Of a stretch of 64,000 bases of DNA, positions 57,800 through 64,000 are shown one piece after another. The DNA lies in the NCBI GenBank assembly GCA_964057225.1, contig OZ059898.1:3410001-3474000 (forward strand). The letters are read 5' to 3'. This DNA is from Auanema rhodensis. Taxonomy: Eukaryota > Animalia > Nematoda. The notes under the pieces are model-generated. The model was given only the letters and a program-made list of their open reading frames with translations, was not told where the DNA came from and did no database searches. Position 1 is the first letter of the stretch. Every line of letters starts with the position of its first letter. A program made the position numbers and the translations under genes.

Positions 57800-60700
57800 T
57801 TTTCGTTGAATAACATTGTCTATCGTCTTTGCCTTGAGAAATGGAATCTAAAAACATCTACTTTTTGCTAAATTATTTTGAAATTTTTCGAAAAAATTTT
57901 TGTCAAAATGTTTTTGGAAGCAATGTTGAGTGTACATGGAAACTCAACATACACTAATGCATCATTTTTCAAACGATCATAACTAATTTTTGTATCAAGC
58001 GTTTTTCAATGTAGTATAGTGCATTCGATGCGGATTTTTAAGCTGCGTCGATCTGTGTTATCAGATTTGTGCTAGCTTAAAAATGCACCGAGATATCAAC
58101 TGATATAAGTTCACACTTATATCCTCGATTTTCACCCTGAAGAAATAATTTTTTCGTTGAATAACATTGTCCATCGTCTTTGCCTTGAAAAAAAGAATCT
58201 AAAAACATCTACTTTTTGCTAAATTATTTTGAAATTTTTCGAAAAAATTTTTGTCAAAATTTTTTGGAAGCAATGTTGAGTGTACATGGAAACTCAACAT
58301 ACACTAATGCATCATTTTTCAAACGATCATAACTAATTTTTGTATCAAGCGTTTTTCAATGTAGTATAGTGCATTCGATGCGGATTTTTAAGCTGCGTCG
58401 ATCTGTGTTATCAGATTTGTGCTAGCTTAAAAATGCACCGAGATATCAACTGATATAAGTTCACACTTATATCCTCGATTTTCACCCTGAAGAAATAATT
58501 TTTTCGTTGAATAACATTGTCCATCGTCTTTGCCTTGAAAAAAGGAATCTAAAAACATCTACTTTTTGCTAAATTATTTTGAAATTTTTCGAAAAAATTT
58601 TTGTCAAAATGTTTTTGGAAGCAATGTTGAGTGTACATGGAAACTCAACATACACTAATGCATCATTTTTCAAACGATCATAACTAATTTTTGTATCAAG
58701 CGTTTCTTAATGTAGTATAGTGCATTCGATCCGGATTTTTAAGCTGCGTCGATCTGTGTTATCAGATTTGCGCTAGCTTAAAAATGCACCGAGATATCAA
58801 CTGATATAAGTTCACACTTATATCCTCGATTTTCACCCTGAAGAATTAATTTTTTCGTTGAATAACATTGTCTATCGTCTTTGCCTTGAGAAATGGAATC
58901 TAAAAACATCTACTTTTTGCTAAATTATTTTGAAATTTTTCGAAAAAATTTTTGTCAAAATGTTTTTGGAAGCAATGTTGAGTGTACATGGAAACTCAAC
59001 ATACACTAATGCATCATTTTTCAAACGATCATAACTAATTTTTGTATCAAGCGTTTCTCAATGTAATATAGTGCATTCGATGCGGATTTTTAAGCTGCGT
59101 CGATCTGTGTTATCAGATTTGCGCTAGCTTAAAAATGCACCGAGATATCAACTGATATAAGTTCACACTTATATCCTCGATTTTCACCCTGAAGAAATAA
59201 TTTTTTCGTTGAATAACATTGTCCATCGTCTTTGCCTTGAAAAAAGGAATCTAAAAACATCTACTTTTTGCTAAATTATTTTGAAATTTTTCGAAAAAAT
59301 TTTTGTCAAAATTTTTTGGAAGCAATGTTGAGTGTACATGGAAACTCAACATACACTAATGCATCATTTTTCAAACGATCATAACTAATTTTTGTATCAA
59401 GCGTTTTTCAATGTAGTATAGTGCATTCGATGCGGATTTTTAAGCTGCGTCGATCTGTGTTATCAGATTTGTGCTAGCTTAAAAATGCACCGAGATATCA
59501 ACTGATATAAGTTCACACTTATATCCTCGATTTTCACCCTGAAGAAATAATTTTTTCGTTGAATAACATTGTCCATCGTCTTTGCCTTGAAAAAAGGAAT
59601 CTAAAAACATCTACTTTTTGCTAAATTATTTTGAAATTTTTCGAAAAAAGTTTTGTCAAAATGTTTTTGGAAGCAATGTTGAGTGTACATGGAAACTCAA
59701 CATACACTAATGCATCATTTTTCAAACGATCATAACTAATTTTCGTATCAAGCGTTTCTCAATGTAGTATAGTGCATTCGATGCGGATTTTTAAGCTGCG
59801 TCGATCTGTGTTATCAGATTTGCGCTAGCTTAAAAATGCACCGAGATATCAACTGATATAAGTTCACACTTATATCCTCGATTTTCATCCTGAAGAATTA
59901 ATTTTCTCGTTGAATAACATTGTCCATCGTCTTTGCCTTGAAAAAAGGAATCTAAAAACATCTACTTTTTGCTAAATTATTTTGAAATTTTCCGAAAAAA
60001 TTTTTGTCAAAATGTTTTTGGAAGCAATGTTGAGTGTACATGGAAACTCAACATACACTAATGCATCATTTTTCAAACGATCATAACTAATTTTTGTATT
60101 AAGCGTTTTTCAATGTAGTGTAGTGCATTCGATGCGGATTTTTAAGCTGCGTCGATCTGTGTTATCAGATTTGCTCTAGCTTAAAAATGCACCGAGATAT
60201 CAACTGATATAAGTTCACACTTATATCCTCGATTTTCATCCTGAAGAATTAATTTTTTCGTTGAATAACATTGTCCATCGTCTTTGCCTTGAAAAATCGA
60301 ATCTAAAAACATCTACTTTTCGCTAAATTATTTTGAAATTTTTCGAAAAAATTTTTGTCAAAATGTTTTTGGAAGCAATGTTGAGTGTACATGGAAACTC
60401 AACATACACTAATGCATCATTTTTCAAACGATCATAACTAATTTTTGTATCAAGCGTTTTTCAATGTAGTATAGTGCATTCGATGCGGATTTTTAAGCTG
60501 CGTCGATCTGTGTTATCAGATTTGCGCTAGCTTAAAAATGCACCGAGATATCAACTGATATAAGTTCACACTTATATCCTCGATTTTCACCCTGAAGAAT
60601 TAATTTTCTCGTTGAATAACATTGTCCATCGTCTTTGCCTTGAAAAAAGGAATCTAAAAACATCTACTTTTTGCTAAATTATTTTGAAATTTTTCGAAAA

Positions 60701-61300
60701 AAGTTTTGTCAAAATGTTTTTGGAAGCAATGTTGAGTGTACATGGAAACTCAACATACACTAATGCATCATTTTTCAAACGATCATAACTAATTTTTGTA
60801 TTAAGCTTTTCTCAATGTAGTATAGTGCATTCGATGCGGATTTTTAAGCTGCGTCGATCTGTGTTATCAGATTTGCGCTAGCTTAAAAATGCACCGAGAT
60901 ATCAACTGATATAAGTTCACACTTATATCCTCGATTTTCATCCTGAAGAATTAATTTTCTCGTTGAATAACATTGTCCATCGTCTTTGCCTTGAAAAAAG
61001 GAATCTAAAAACATCTACTTTTTGCTAAATTATTTTGAAATTTTCCGAAAAAATTTTTGTCAAAATGTTTTTGGAAGCAATGTTGAGTGTACATGGAAAC
61101 TCAACATACACTAATGCATCATTTTTCAAACGATCATAACTAATTTTTGTATCAAGCGTTTTTCAATGTAGTATAGTGCATTCGATGCGGATTTTTAAGC
61201 TGCGTCGATCTGTGTTATCAGATTTGCGCTAGCTTAAAAATGCACCGAGATATCAACTGATATAAGTTCACACTTATATCCTCGATTTTCACCCTGAAGA
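57800..61300. repeat. ~10-monomer block duplicated with ~42700-46200 (offset 15085 bp)
   Basis: Variant pairs at 42753/57838, 43109/58194, 43981/59066, 44565/59650, 45618/60703 and 45856/60941 are all 15085 bp apart. Confidence 0.85.
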
Positions 61301-64000
61301 ATTAATTTTCTCGTTGAATAACATTGTCCATCGTCTTTGCCTTGAAAGAAGGAATCTAAAAACATCTACTTTTTGCTAAATTATTTTGAAATTTTCCGAA
61401 AAAATTTTTGTCAAAATGTTTTTGGAAGCAATGTTGAGTGTACATGGAAACTCAACATACACTAATGCATCATTTTTCAAACGATCATAACTAATTTTTG
61501 TATTAAGCGTTTTTTAATGTAGTATAGTGCATTCGATGCGGATTTTTAAGCTGCGTCGATCTGTGTTATCAGATTTGCGCTAGCTTAAAAATGCACCGAG
61601 ATATCAACTGATATAAGTTCACACTTATATCCTCGATTTTCATCCTGAAGAATTAATTTTCTCGTTGAATAACATTGTCTATCGTCTTTGCCTTGAGAAA
61701 TGGAATCTAAAAACATCTACTTTTTGCTAAATTATTTTGAAATTTTTCGAAAAAATTTTTGTCAAAATGTTTTTGGAAGCAATGTTGAGTGTACATGGAA
61801 ACTCAACATACACTAATGCATCATTTTTCAAACGATCATAACTAATTTTTGTATCAAGCGTTTCTCAATGTAATATAGTGCATTCGATGCGGATTTTTAA
61901 GCTGCGTCGATCTGTGTTATCAGATTTGCGCTAGCTTAAAAATGCACCGAGATATCAACTGATATAAGTTCACACTTATATCCTCGATTTTCACCCTGAA
62001 GAAATAATTTTTTCGTTGAATAACATTGTCCATCGTCTTTGCCTTGAAAAAAGGAATCTAAAAACATCTACTTTTTGCTAAATTATTTTGAAATTTTTCG
62101 AAAAAATTTTTGTCAAAATGTTTTTGGAAGCAATGTTGAGTGTACATGGAAACTCAACATACACTAATGCATCATTTTTCAAACGATCATAACTAATTTT
62201 TGTATCAAGCGTTTCTTAATGTAGTATAGTGCATTCGATCCGGATTTTTAAGCTGCGTCGATCTGTGTTATCAGATTTGCGCTAGCTTAAAAATGCACCG
62301 AGATATCAACTGATATAAGTTCACACTTATATCCTCGATTTTCACCCTGAAGAATTAATTTTTTCGTTGAATAACATTGTCTATCGTCTTTGCCTTGAGA
62401 AATGGAATCTAAAAACATCTACTTTTTGCTAAATTATTTTGAAATTTTTCGAAAAAATTTTTGTCAAAATGTTTTTGGAAGCAATGTTGAGTGTACATGG
62501 AAACTCAACATACACTAATGCATCATTTTTCAAACGATCATAACTAATTTTTGTATCAAGCGTTTCTCAATGTAATATAGTGCATTCGATGCGGATTTTT
62601 AAGCTGCGTCGATCTGTGTTATCAGATTTGCGCTAGCTTAAAAATGCACCGAGATATCAACTGATATAAGTTCACACTTATATCCTCGATTTTCACCCTG
62701 AAGAAATAATTTTTTCGTTGAATAACATTGTCCATCGTCTTTGCCTTGAAAAAAGGAATCTAAAAACATCTACTTTTTGCTAAATTATTTTGAAATTTTT
62801 CGAAAAAATTTTTGTCAAAATTTTTTGGAAGCAATGTTGAGTGTACATGGAAACTCAACATACACTAATGCATCATTTTTCAAACGATCATAACTAATTT
62901 TTGTATCAAGCGTTTTTCAATGTAGTATAGTGCATTCGATGCGCATTTTTAAGCTGCGTCGATCTGTGTTATCAGATTTGCGCTAGCTTAAAAGTGCACC
63001 GAGATATCAACTGATATAAGTTCACACTTATATCCTCGATTTTCACCCTGAAGAAATAATTTTTTCGTTGAATAACATTGTCCATCGTCTTTGCCTTGAA
63101 AAAAGGAATCTAAAAACATCTACTTTTTGCTAAATTATTTTGAAATTTTTCGAAAAAATTTTTGTCAAAATGTTTTTGGAAGCAATGTTGAGTGTACATG
63201 GAAACTCAACATACACTAATGCATCATTTTTCAAACGATCATAACTAATTTTTGTATCAAGCGTTTCTTAATGTAGTATAGTGCATTCGATCCGGATTTT
63301 TAAGCTGCGTCGATCTGTGTTATCAGATTTGCGCTAGCTTAAAAATGCACCGAGATATCAACTGATATAAGTTCACACTTATATCCTCGATTTTCACCCT
63401 GAAGAAATAATTTTTTCGTTGAATAACATTGTCCATCGTCTTTGCCTTGAAAAAAGGAATCTAAAAACATCTACTTTTTGCTAAATTATTTTGAAATTTT
63501 TCGAAAAAATTTTTGTCAAAATTTTTTGGAAGCAATGTTGAGTGTACATGGAAACTCAACATACACTAATGCATCATTTTTCAAACGATCATAACTAATT
63601 TTTGTATCAAGCGTTTTTCAATGTAGTATAGTGCATTCGATGCGCATTTTTAAGCTGCGTCGATCTGTGTTATCAGATTTGCGCTAGCTTAAAAGTGCAC
63701 CGAGATATCAACTGATATAAGTTCACACTTATATCCTCGATTTTCACCCTGAAGAAATAATTTTTTCGTTGAATAACATTGTCCATCGTCTTTGCCTTGA
63801 AAAAAGGAATCTAAAAACATCTACTTTTTGCTAAATTATTTTGAAATTTTTCGAAAAAAGTTTTGTCAAAATGTTTTTGGAAGCAATGTTGAGTGTACAT
63901 GGAAACTCAACATACACTAATGCATCATTTTTCAAACGATCATAACTAATTTTTTTATCAAGCGTTTCTCAATGTAGTATAGTGCATTCGATGCAGATTT

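Larger units (their letters stand above)
1..64000. repeat. Tandem satellite DNA array, 351-bp monomer (350-bp variant common), ~182 full copies plus a partial copy; probably centromeric/pericentromeric heterochromatin
   Basis: The motif TTCGAAAAAATTTTTGTCAAAA recurs at 1, 352, 703 and onward to the last start at 63850. 63849 bp is 182 x 351 minus 33, consistent with about 33 one-base-shorter units. All copies have the same orientation and I saw no unique sequence. The centromeric assignment is an inference from monomer size, AT richness and homogeneity. Confidence 0.99.

Noticed and set aside
1-64000. CRISPR array or repeat-spacer system, suggested by the palindromic repeats
   Set aside because: The sequence between the palindromes is the same in every unit, so there are no unique spacers. 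There are also no cas or other genes.

Overview
The whole 64 kb window is one uninterrupted head-to-tail array of an AT-rich satellite DNA (31% GC by hand count of monomer 1). The monomer is 351 bp, with a common 350-bp variant, and there are about 182 full copies plus a 151-bp partial copy, all in one orientation. Copies differ at roughly 20 recurrent sites. I saw no credible genes, RNA genes, transposon insertions, inversions or CRISPR arrays, and the single 66-aa ORF is an accidental reading frame in satellite sequence. The array looks like eukaryotic centromeric or pericentromeric heterochromatin, but I do not recognise the family or species. Three things stand out. (1) The monomer is dense in dyad symmetries: a 51-nt hairpin, two 9-bp stems and overlapping palindromes. 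(2) Diagnostic SNPs record nested 2-, 3-, 5- and 7-monomer higher-order units and a long-range 10-monomer block duplication. (3) Variant sets turn over along the array. I found no evidence for a new protein-coding system.
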